A stretch of DNA of 5,836 nucleotides from a virus (Duplodnaviria; Heunggongvirae; Uroviricota; Caudoviricetes). The position numbers were made by a program, and so were the translations under genes. A model generated the notes under the pieces. That model was not told the DNA's origin and ran no database searches. It was given only the letters and a program-made list of their open reading frames with translations. The DNA lies in the IMG/VR virus record IMGVR_UViG_2690316227_000003. One strand, written 5' to 3'. Of the stretch, positions 1 to 5,823 are shown one piece after another. Numbering within the stretch: position 1 is the first letter of the stretch; each line of letters opens with the position of its first letter.

Positions 1-978
1 ACCCAGACATCCCGTATCGGCTCCATTGGCGTGATGATGAGCCATGTCAGCTATGCCGGTCATCTGGCGCAGGCCGGTGTTGATATCACGCTGATTTACT
101 CAGGGGCGCACAAGGTGGATGGCAATCAGTTTGAAGCGTTGCCGGCAGAGGTTCGCCAGGACATGCAACAGCGCATTGATGCGGCGCGCCGGATGTTTGC
201 TGAAAAAGTAGCGATGTATACCGGTCTGTCTGTTGATGCTGTCACGGGAACAGAGGCCGCCGTTTTTGAAGGTCAGTCCGGCATTGAGGCCGGGCTGGCG
301 GATGAATTAATCAATGCGTCGGATGCCATCAGTGTGATGGCCACGGCGCTGAACAGTAATGTCAGAGGAGGCACTATGCCGCAATTAACAGCAACGGAAG
401 CCGCCGCGCAGGAGAACCAGCGAGTGATGGGGATCCTGACATGCCAGGAAGCGAAAGGACGTGAACAGCTTGCCACGATGCTGGCAGGACAACAGGGCAT
501 GAGCGTTGAACAGGCCCGGGCGATTCTGGCCGCGGCGGCACCACAGCAGCCGGTGGCATCCGCGCAGAGTGAAGCCGATCGCATTATGGCGTGTGAAGAA
601 GCGAAAGGTCGTGAACAACTGGCGGCAACGCTGGCGGCGATGCCGGAGATGACGGTGGAAAAAGCCCGCCCGATCCTGGCTGCTTCACCGCAGGCGGATG
701 CCGGACCCTCACTCCGTGATCAGATCATGGCACTGGATGAGGCAAAAGGGGCTGAGGCGCAGGCTGAACAGCTGGCTGCCTGCCCGGGAATGACTGTGGA
801 GAGCGCCCGGGCTGTGCTGGCTGCGGGATCAGGTAAGGCAGAACCGGTCTCTGCATCCACAACCGCCCTGTTTGAACGCATCATGGCGAACCATTCACCG
901 GCAGCGGTACAGGGTGGCGTGCCACAGACGTCAGCAGACGGTGATGCGGACGTGAAAATGCTCATGGCCATGCCATGA
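1..978 (+). CDS. C: Head maturation protease / scaffold protein, lambda gpC-like (S49 peptidase family), 5'-partial; only the C-terminal part is in the window
   Basis: Frame 1 is open from position 1 (TQTSRIGSIGVMMSHV...) to the stop at 976-978, so the gene starts upstream of the window. Assigned mainly by position directly upstream of unambiguous D and E homologs, as in lambda; the Ala/Glu-rich repeat-containing C-terminal half is consistent with a scaffold domain. I cannot recall the lambda C sequence well enough for a residue-level comparison. Confidence 0.8.
   Translation, partial: TQTSRIGSIGVMMSHVSYAGHLAQAGVDITLIYSGAHKVDGNQFEALPAEVRQDMQQRIDAARRMFAEKVAMYTGLSVDAVTGTEAAVFEGQSGIEAGLADELINASDAISVMATALNSNVRGGTMPQLTATEAAAQENQRVMGILTCQEAKGREQLATMLAGQQGMSVEQARAILAAAAPQQPVASAQSEADRIMACEEAKGREQLAATLAAMPEMTVEKARPILAASPQADAGPSLRDQIMALDEAKGAEAQAEQLAACPGMTVESARAVLAAGSGKAEPVSASTTALFERIMANHSPAAVQGGVPQTSADGDADVKMLMAMP
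376..978 (+). CDS. nu3: Nested in-frame scaffolding protein, lambda Nu3-like, sharing the C-terminal 200 aa of the protease ORF
   Basis: Internal ATG at 376-378 is in the same frame as the protease ORF and is preceded by a strong Shine-Dalgarno GAGGAGG at 365-371. In lambda, Nu3 is translated from an internal start within C in the same frame; the 603-nt length is close to my recollection of lambda Nu3 (about 200 aa). Inference from sequence plus the lambda paradigm. Confidence 0.5.
   Translation: MPQLTATEAAAQENQRVMGILTCQEAKGREQLATMLAGQQGMSVEQARAILAAAAPQQPVASAQSEADRIMACEEAKGREQLAATLAAMPEMTVEKARPILAASPQADAGPSLRDQIMALDEAKGAEAQAEQLAACPGMTVESARAVLAAGSGKAEPVSASTTALFERIMANHSPAAVQGGVPQTSADGDADVKMLMAMP
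412..834 (+). repeat. Three tandem in-frame repeats of about 40-46 codons inside the scaffold (Nu3-like) region
   Basis: Protein-level repeats ENQRVMGILTCQEAKGREQLATMLAGQQGMSVEQARAILAAAAPQQ / EADRIMACEEAKGREQLAATLAAMPEMTVEKARPILAASPQ / LRDQIMALDEAKGAEAQAEQLAACPGMTVESARAVLAAGSG at about 412-549, 571-693 and 712-834, with a partial fourth copy (TALFERIMANH). DNA-level similarity is visible, e.g. gaagcgaaaggacgtgaacagcttgcc at 448-474 versus gaagcgaaaggtcgtgaacaactggcg at 598-624. Confidence 0.6.
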
Positions 979-1014
979 AGCCAGTGCTGACCATCAACAG
1001 GAGGTTTTTACAAT

Positions 1015-1362
1015 ATGGTGACGAAAACTATCACTGAACAGCGTGCGGAAGTACGTATTTTTGCCGGTAATGATCCGGCTCATACCGCCACAGGCAGCAG
1101 CGGGATTTCCTCGGCAACACCGGCACTGACGCCCCTGATGCTGGATGAGGCCACCGGGAAACTGGTGGTCTGGGACGGACAAAAAGCCGGTAGTGCGGTT
1201 GGCATACTGGTACTGCCGCTTGAAGGCACAGAGACGGCGCTGACCTATTACAAGTCGGGGACCTTTGCGACGGAGGCAATCCGCTGGCCTGAAAGTGTGG
1301 ATGAACACAAAAAGGCCAACGCCTTTGCCGGCAGTGCCCTGAGTCACGCGGCGCTGCCGTAA
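1015..1362 (+). CDS. D: Head decoration protein, lambda gpD-like
   Basis: 115-aa ORF with motifs matching recalled lambda gpD (DPAHTAT, TPLMLD, KLVxWDG, AVGIL, YKSGTF, WPE, AFAG). AGGAGG Shine-Dalgarno at 1000-1005 precedes the ATG at 1015. Position between protease/scaffold and major capsid gene matches lambda. Confidence 0.93.
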   Translation: MVTKTITEQRAEVRIFAGNDPAHTATGSSGISSATPALTPLMLDEATGKLVVWDGQKAGSAVGILVLPLEGTETALTYYKSGTFATEAIRWPESVDEHKKANAFAGSALSHAALP

Positions 1363-1370
1363 CACGTTAT

Positions 1371-1390
1371 CAGGCCACCGCGGTGGCCTG
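1371..1390. other. 20-bp perfect GC-rich palindrome (CAGGCCACCG|CGGTGGCCTG) in the D-E intergenic spacer; potential RNA hairpin
   Basis: Read directly from the sequence; lies 9 nt after the D stop and 30 nt before the E start. It is followed by ACTGATTTCTG, a poor U-tract, so it is not a classic intrinsic terminator. Confidence 0.3.
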
Positions 1391-1419
1391 ACTGATTTCT
1401 GAATGAAAGGAACTGATTT

Positions 1420-2448
1420 ATGGGATTGTTTACGACCCGCCAGTTACTCGGTTATACCGAACAAAAAGTGAAATTTCGTGCGCTGTTTCTGGAGCTGTTT
1501 TTCCGCCGTACGGTGAATTTCCATACCGAAGAGGTGATGCTGGACAAAATTACCGGAAAAACGCCGGTGGCGGCCTATGTTTCCCCGGTTGTTGAAGGAA
1601 AAGTGCTGCGTCATCGTGGTGGTGAAACCCGCGTGTTACGTCCGGGCTACGTCAAGCCGAAACACGAATTTAATTACCAGCAGGCGGTTGAGCGTCTTCC
1701 CGGTGAAGATCCGGCTCAGCTGAACGACCCGGCCTACCGTCGTCTGCGTATCATCACTGATAACCTCAAACAGGAAGAGCACGCCATTGTCCAGGTGGAA
1801 GAAATGCAGGCGGTGAATGCCGTGCTGTATGGCAAATACACGATGGAAGGAGACCAGTTCGAGAAAATTGAGGTCGATTTTGGCAGGTCGACGAAGAATA
1901 ACATCACTCAGGGTAGTGGTAAGGAGTGGTCAAAACAGGATCGTGACACGTTCGATCCTACACATGATCTTGACCTCTACTGCGACCAGGCCAGCGGTCT
2001 TGTGAATATTGCCATTATGGACGGTACCGTCTGGCGTCTGCTGAATGGCTTTAAATTGTTCCGCGAAAAACTGGATACCCGTCGCGGTTCAAATTCTCAA
2101 CTCGAAACAGCGGTGAAAGACCTGGGCGCGGTGGTGTCCTTCAAAGGGTATTACGGCGATCTGGCCATTGTGGTGGCAAAAACGTCTTATGTGGCAGAGG
2201 ACGGTACCGAAAAACGTTATCTGCCTGAGGGCTCGCTGGTCCTGGGGAATACGGCAGCAGAGGGCATTCGTTGCTATGGTGCCATTCAGGATGCGCAGGC
2301 GTTGTCCGAAGGTGTGGTGGCCTCTTCCCGTTATCCGAAACACTGGCTGACGGTGGGGGATCCCGCCCGTGAATTTACCATGACGCAGTCCGCGCCGCTG
2401 ATGGTGTTGCCGGACCCGGATGAGTTTGTGGTGGTACAGGTGAAATAA
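1420..2448 (+). CDS. E: Major capsid protein, lambda gpE-like
   Basis: 342-aa ORF (lambda gpE is 341 aa) with long near-identical stretches to recalled gpE: PGYVKPKHE, DPAYRR, AIVQVEEMQAVNAVLYGKYTM, EKLDTRRGSNSQLETAVKDLG, GDPAREFTMTQSAPLMVLPDPDEFVVVQ. Shine-Dalgarno AAGGA lies upstream of the ATG at 1420. Confidence 0.97.
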   Translation: MGLFTTRQLLGYTEQKVKFRALFLELFFRRTVNFHTEEVMLDKITGKTPVAAYVSPVVEGKVLRHRGGETRVLRPGYVKPKHEFNYQQAVERLPGEDPAQLNDPAYRRLRIITDNLKQEEHAIVQVEEMQAVNAVLYGKYTMEGDQFEKIEVDFGRSTKNNITQGSGKEWSKQDRDTFDPTHDLDLYCDQASGLVNIAIMDGTVWRLLNGFKLFREKLDTRRGSNSQLETAVKDLGAVVSFKGYYGDLAIVVAKTSYVAEDGTEKRYLPEGSLVLGNTAAEGIRCYGAIQDAQALSEGVVASSRYPKHWLTVGDPAREFTMTQSAPLMVLPDPDEFVVVQVK

Positions 2449-2456
2449 TCCGTGAG

Positions 2457-2485
2457 CGGGGGCGAAATGCCCCCGTGTCTTTTTT
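2457..2485 (+). terminator. Candidate intrinsic (rho-independent) terminator or RNA-stabilising hairpin immediately downstream of the major capsid gene
   Basis: Stem CGGGGGC (2457-2463), loop GAAAT (2464-2468), stem GCCCCCG (2469-2475), then TGTC and a run of six T (2480-2485). Located 9 nt after the E stop. The 4-nt spacer between stem and T-tract is slightly non-canonical. Confidence 0.45.
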
Positions 2486-2499
2486 CACAGGGGGATGAT

Positions 2500-2874
2500 A
2501 TGGCAACGAAAGAGCAAAATCTGAAACGGCTTGATGAACTGGCCCTGATTCTGGGGCGTGAGCCGGATATATCCGGGAGTGCCGCAGAGATAGCGCAGCG
2601 GGTGGCAGAATGGGAAGAGGAAATGCAGTCATCCGGCGATGATGTACAGGTTATGAATATGGATATCCGGGAGAGGGAAAACGCGGCTCATGATGTTCGT
2701 GAGGAAACATCCGGCGCGTTAACGCGCATCAGAGTTCTGACCTGCCTCCATCTCTGTGGCGTTGATGGTGAAACGGGGGAATCCGTTGAGCTTGCGGATG
2801 TTGGTCGGGTGATTCTGATTATGTCCTCAGATGCAAAAACACACGTTGATGGTGGAATGGCTGTTTATGCGTGA
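2500..2874 (+). CDS. FI: FI-like head assembly / DNA-packaging accessory protein (divergent from lambda gpFI)
   Basis: Occupies the FI position between E and FII. 124-aa product with a helical N-terminus, acidic middle and hydrophobic C-terminal segment, broadly like lambda FI (132 aa) but with low identity by eye. Start chosen at ATG 2500 (MATKEQ), preceded by AGGGGGA at 2489-2495; the longer ORF-track start at 2452 falls inside the terminator hairpin and lacks a ribosome-binding site. Confidence 0.65.
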   Translation: MATKEQNLKRLDELALILGREPDISGSAAEIAQRVAEWEEEMQSSGDDVQVMNMDIRERENAAHDVREETSGALTRIRVLTCLHLCGVDGETGESVELADVGRVILIMSSDAKTHVDGGMAVYA

Positions 2875-3220
2875 TTTTCAGAATGCCTTTGATGCCGCCC
2901 TTGCCGGGGTGGACAGTACGATTGTTGAAGTGATGGGCATCAGTGCGCAGTTCACCTCCGGTGCACAGCGTGGCGGCGAAGTTCAGGGGGTTTTTGACGA
3001 TCCGGAGTCGCTGGGGTTTGCCAGTAGTGGGATCCGTATTGAAGGAAGCAGCCCGTCATTATTTGTGCGGACGGATACGGTTCGTGCCGTGCGGCGTGGT
3101 GACACGTTGACCATTAATGGTGAGACGTTCTGGGTGGATCGTGTTTCTCCGGATGACGGGGGCAGTTGTTATCTCTGGCTGAACCGTGGGCAACCACCCG
3201 CAGTTAACCGGCGACGATAA
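2867..3220 (+). CDS. FII: Head-tail joining (head completion) protein, lambda gpFII-like
   Basis: Strong similarity to recalled lambda gpFII: FDAAxA, GVFDDPE, EGSSPSLFVRTD, RRGDTLTI, FWVDRVSPDDGGSC, LWLxRGxPPAVNRRR (C-terminus essentially identical). Start chosen at ATG 2867 (MRDFQNAFDAA, aligning with lambda MADFDNLFDAA); this overlaps the FI stop as ATGCGTGA. Confidence 0.92.
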   Translation: MRDFQNAFDAALAGVDSTIVEVMGISAQFTSGAQRGGEVQGVFDDPESLGFASSGIRIEGSSPSLFVRTDTVRAVRRGDTLTINGETFWVDRVSPDDGGSCYLWLNRGQPPAVNRRR

Positions 3221-3234
3221 ACGCAGGGTGAATT

Positions 3235-3810
3235 ATGGCGATAAAAGGGCTTGATCAGGCGATTGAAAATCTGAGCCGGGTTCGTAAAAACGCCATTCCG
3301 TCGGCTTCAGCAATGGCTATTAACCGCGTGGCTACAACGGCGATTAATCAGTCTTCATCACAGGTTGCCCGGGAGACCAGGGTGAGCCGGAAACTGGTAA
3401 AGGAACGGTCCAGACTGAAACGGGCGACGGTCAGAAATCCGAATGCCAGAATTATCGTTAACCGCGGTGATCTCCCTGCTATTAAGCTGGGGATCAGGAT
3501 GCTTGGTCATCGTCCGAACAGCATACTTAAAGCCGGTCAGCATCGTTATCAGCGGGCATTCATCCAGCGATTAAATAATGGGCGCTGGCATGTTATGCAA
3601 CGTTTGCCAGAAGCCCGGTATGCGAAGGGCAATGACGATAAAGGAAGGAAAAAGCGTAATCGTCTTCCCATTCAGGTGGTTAAAATTCCGATGGCGGCCC
3701 CACTGAAGCAGGCTTTTGATGAGAACGTTAACCGTATCCGGCGAGAACGTCTGCCAAAAGAACTGGGCTATGCGTTGAAACAACAACTAAGGATTGTGAT
3801 AAAGCGATGA
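3235..3810 (+). CDS. Z: Minor tail protein, lambda gpZ-like
   Basis: 191 aa; N-terminus MAIKGLDQAIENLSR matches lambda gpZ MAIKGLEQAVENLSR, and the C-terminus [25 protein letters not shown] is nearly identical to lambda. The central segment is more divergent. Confidence 0.95.
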   Translation: MAIKGLDQAIENLSRVRKNAIPSASAMAINRVATTAINQSSSQVARETRVSRKLVKERSRLKRATVRNPNARIIVNRGDLPAIKLGIRMLGHRPNSILKAGQHRYQRAFIQRLNNGRWHVMQRLPEARYAKGNDDKGRKKRNRLPIQVVKIPMAAPLKQAFDENVNRIRRERLPKELGYALKQQLRIVIKR

Positions 3811-4202
3811 AACATACTGATATCCGTGCTGCAGTGCTGGATGCACTCGAGCAGCATGAACACGGGGCGACGCTGTTTGATGGTCGCCCCGCTGTTTTTG
3901 ATGAGGCGGATTTTCCGGCAATTGCTGTTTATCTCACCGGCGCTGAATACACGGGCGAAGCGCTGGACAGCGATACCTGGCAGGCGGAGCTGCATATTGA
4001 AGTTTTCCTGCCTGCTCAGGTGCCGGATTCAGAGCTGGATTCGTGGATGGAAAGCCGGATTTATCCGGCGATGAGTGCGATCCCGGCACTGTCAGGCCTG
4101 ATTACCACGATGGTTACGCAGGGCTATGAGTATCGTCGTGATGACGATATGGCGTTATGGAGTTCTGCTGATTTGACTTATTCCATTACATACGAGATGT
4201 GA
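3807..4202 (+). CDS. U: Tail terminator protein, lambda gpU-like
   Basis: 131 aa, the same length as lambda gpU and near-identical throughout ([15 protein letters not shown]..., [62 protein letters not shown]). Start ATG 3807-3809 overlaps the Z stop TGA 3808-3810 (ATGA). Confidence 0.96.
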   Translation: MKHTDIRAAVLDALEQHEHGATLFDGRPAVFDEADFPAIAVYLTGAEYTGEALDSDTWQAELHIEVFLPAQVPDSELDSWMESRIYPAMSAIPALSGLITTMVTQGYEYRRDDDMALWSSADLTYSITYEM

Positions 4203-4209
4203 GGACGAT

Positions 4210-4962
4210 ATGCCAACACCAAATCCTCTGGCACCGGTAAAAGGTGCCGGTACCACCCTGTGGGTTTATAACGGTCAGGGTGATGCCTATGCAAACCCGT
4301 TGTCAGACGATAACTGGCAGCGACTGGCACAGGTAAAGGATCTGACGCCGGGCGAGATGACGGCAGAACCCTACGATGATAACTACCTGGATGATGAAGA
4401 CGCGGACTGGACTGCGACCGGGCAGGGGCAGAAGTCTGCAGGAGATACCAGTTTTACGCTGGCCTGGAAACCGGGAGAAGAAGGTCAGAAAGGGCTTATA
4501 GGCTGGTTTGAAAGCGGGGATGTGCGGGCCTATAAAATCCGTTTCCCGAACGGCACGGTGGATGTGTTCCGTGGCTGGGTCAGCAGTATCGGTAAGGCCG
4601 TAACGGCGAAGGAAGTGATCACCCGTACGGTGAAAGTGACCAACGTGGGCAAACCTTCTGTGGCGGAAGAACGCAGCGAAATTACGCCGGTCACTGCGAT
4701 TAAGGTGACGCCGACATCTGGTACGGTGGCAAAAGGGAAAACAACAACCCTGACGGTTTCTTTTGAGCCGGAAAGTGCAACCGACAAAACGTTCAGAGCG
4801 GTTTCCGCCGATCCGTCAACGGGAACCATTGCTGTGAAAGATATGGCGATCACTGTGACGGGGGTTAAGGCTGGAAAAGTGAGTATCCCCGTGATTTCCG
4901 GTAATGGTCAGTTTGCCACGGTAGCTGAAGTCACCGTTACTGAAGCGGGCGCTGCAGGGTAA
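4210..4962 (+). CDS. V: Major tail tube protein, lambda gpV-like, with a C-terminal Ig-like (Big_2-type) domain
   Basis: 250 aa; extensive identity to recalled lambda gpV ([86 protein letters not shown]). The C-terminal roughly 90 aa (about 4681-4959) are Thr/Val-rich beta-strand-like sequence, as in the lambda gpV Ig-like domain. Shine-Dalgarno GAGGA lies before the ATG at 4210. Confidence 0.96.
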   Translation: MPTPNPLAPVKGAGTTLWVYNGQGDAYANPLSDDNWQRLAQVKDLTPGEMTAEPYDDNYLDDEDADWTATGQGQKSAGDTSFTLAWKPGEEGQKGLIGWFESGDVRAYKIRFPNGTVDVFRGWVSSIGKAVTAKEVITRTVKVTNVGKPSVAEERSEITPVTAIKVTPTSGTVAKGKTTTLTVSFEPESATDKTFRAVSADPSTGTIAVKDMAITVTGVKAGKVSIPVISGNGQFATVAEVTVTEAGAAG

Positions 4963-4975
4963 ACGGAGGTCATAC

Positions 4976-5407
4976 ATGTTTCTGAAAACCGAACAATTTG
5001 AATATAACGGTGTGTCCGTCACGCTTTCCGAGCTGTCTGCGCTGCAGCGTATCGAGCATCTTGCCCTGCTGAAACGACGGGCAGAACAGGCTGAAGCCAG
5101 CGGTAACCTGCAGGTGAGCGTGGAAGACCTTGTCAGAACCGGCGCGTTTCTGGTGGCGATGTCCCTGTGGCATAACCATCCACAGAAAACGGAGTCACCA
5201 TCAATGAATGAGGCTGTGATGCAGATCGAACAGGAGGTGCTCACCACCTGGCCTGCTGATGCCATTGCCCGGGCGGAAGACGTGGTGTTGCGTCTGTCCG
5301 GGATGAGCGGGGCTGTTCATGTGGATACGGATATCACCGAAGTGGCGAAAAATAACGCGCTGACTGATGATGATTTTTCTGCGGGAAAGTCTTCGACGGC
5401 GAGCTGA
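4976..5407 (+). CDS. G: Tail assembly chaperone, lambda gpG-like
   Basis: 143 aa; MFLKTEQFEYNGVSVTLSELSALQRIEHLAL and RTGAFLVAMSLWHNHPQKT...PSMNEAV.QIEQEVLTTWP closely match recalled lambda gpG. GGAGG Shine-Dalgarno precedes the ATG at 4976. The slippery heptamer lies near the 3' end. Confidence 0.94.
   Translation: MFLKTEQFEYNGVSVTLSELSALQRIEHLALLKRRAEQAEASGNLQVSVEDLVRTGAFLVAMSLWHNHPQKTESPSMNEAVMQIEQEVLTTWPADAIARAEDVVLRLSGMSGAVHVDTDITEVAKNNALTDDDFSAGKSSTAS
5383..5389 (+). other. -1 programmed ribosomal frameshift slippery heptamer G GGA AAG (G to G-T fusion)
   Basis: In the G frame the codons are GCG GGA AAG (5381-5389), giving the X XXY YYZ heptamer GGGAAAG at 5383-5389, the same heptamer as recalled for lambda G-T. 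The -1 frame is open from 5374 through 5811 and encodes a T-like sequence. Confidence 0.85.
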
Positions 5408-5811
5408 ATTTTGCCCTCAGACTGGCGCGTGAGATGGGGAGGCCTGACTGGCGCGCCATGCTTGCCGGGATGACATCCACCGAATATGCCGACTGGCGAC
5501 ATTTTTACCGTACGCATTATTTTCTCGATACCCAACTGGATATGCATTTTTCCGGGCTGACGTACGCCGTACTCAGCCTGTTTTTTTGCGATCCGGATAT
5601 GCATCCCTCTGATTTCAGTCTGCTTGCCCCCCGGCGTGAGGAAGCGCAGACGGAGATGCCGGATGAGGAAAAAATGCTGATGCAGAAAGCGGCAGGACTT
5701 GCCGGAGGCGTCCGGTTTGGTGGGGACGGAGGGCGTGAGATTTTATCGTCTGCGGATGTGGCGGATGGTAAGCGTCAACGGAGCACCGTATTGACGCTTA
5801 TTTATTGGTGA
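5383..5811 (+). CDS. T: Tail assembly protein T segment, expressed as a G-T fusion by -1 frameshifting (full product is roughly 4976..5389 joined to 5389..5811)
   Basis: The -1 frame downstream of the slippery site translates to GKVFDGELNFALRLAREMGRPDWRAMLAGMTSTEYADW...LTYAVLSLFFCDPDMHP.DFSLL...LMQKAAGLAGGVRFG, closely matching recalled lambda gpT. The first in-frame ATG is at 5434, but by analogy with lambda this frame is reached by frameshifting rather than independent initiation. Stop TGA at 5809-5811. Confidence 0.85.
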   Translation, partial: GKVFDGELNFALRLAREMGRPDWRAMLAGMTSTEYADWRHFYRTHYFLDTQLDMHFSGLTYAVLSLFFCDPDMHPSDFSLLAPRREEAQTEMPDEEKMLMQKAAGLAGGVRFGGDGGREILSSADVADGKRQRSTVLTLIYW

Positions 5812-5823
5812 GTACTACGTTCC

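Noticed and set aside
273-971. Minus-strand ORFs 273..584, 374..559, 385..618 and 720..971 inside the protease/scaffold gene
   Set aside because: They lie antisense to a well-supported plus-strand gene in a GC-rich, repeat-containing region where long spurious ORFs are expected. No ribosome-binding sites or recognisable protein features; products are Cys/Arg/Ala-rich low-complexity.
994-1365. Minus-strand ORFs 994..1365 (123 aa) and 1031..1279 antisense to the D homolog
   Set aside because: They completely overlap a gene with strong similarity to lambda gpD on the plus strand; the products have no recognisable features, so they are most likely frame artefacts.
1817-2350. Alternative-frame and antisense ORFs within the major capsid gene (1817..2005 +, 2168..2350 +, 2089..2343 -)
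   Set aside because: Embedded in the E coding sequence, which matches lambda gpE across its full length; the products are Arg-rich and typical of out-of-frame translation.
2452-2499. Longer 5' extension of the FI-like ORF starting at GTG 2452 (MSGGEMPPCLFSQGDD...)
   Set aside because: This start sits inside the terminator-like hairpin with no Shine-Dalgarno, whereas ATG 2500 has a G-rich ribosome-binding site and gives a lambda-FI-like N-terminus (MATKEQ...).
2375-2632. Minus-strand ORF 2375..2632 spanning the E/FI junction
   Set aside because: Antisense to the capsid 3' end, the terminator hairpin and the FI start; Pro/Ser/Ala-rich low-complexity product; the whole operon is unidirectional.
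2831-2866. Longer 5' extension of FII starting at ATG 2831 or 2849
   Set aside because: Alignment with lambda gpFII (MADFDNLFDAA) supports the start at 2867 (MRDFQNAFDAA); the upstream extension would overlap FI by more than 40 nt.
3358-4074. ORFs 3358..3543 (-), 3571..3786 (-), 3768..3995 (-) and 3826..4074 (+, alternative frame) within Z and U
   Set aside because: All overlap strongly conserved Z and U coding sequence; no independent support.
4530-5604. Minus-strand ORFs 4530..4853, 4816..5265, 4970..5179 and 5317..5604 antisense to V, G and T
   Set aside because: Antisense to genes with near-lambda-identical products; no ribosome-binding sites and implausible composition. 4816..5265 crosses the V/G intergenic region, but this is explained by chance absence of stops in GC-rich sequence.
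5434-5811. Treating ORF 5434..5811 as an independently initiated T gene
   Set aside because: The T-like sequence begins directly at the slippery site (GKVFDGEL...) upstream of ATG 5434, and there is no Shine-Dalgarno before 5434. By the lambda paradigm this frame is reached by -1 frameshifting from G, so it is annotated as the G-T fusion segment.
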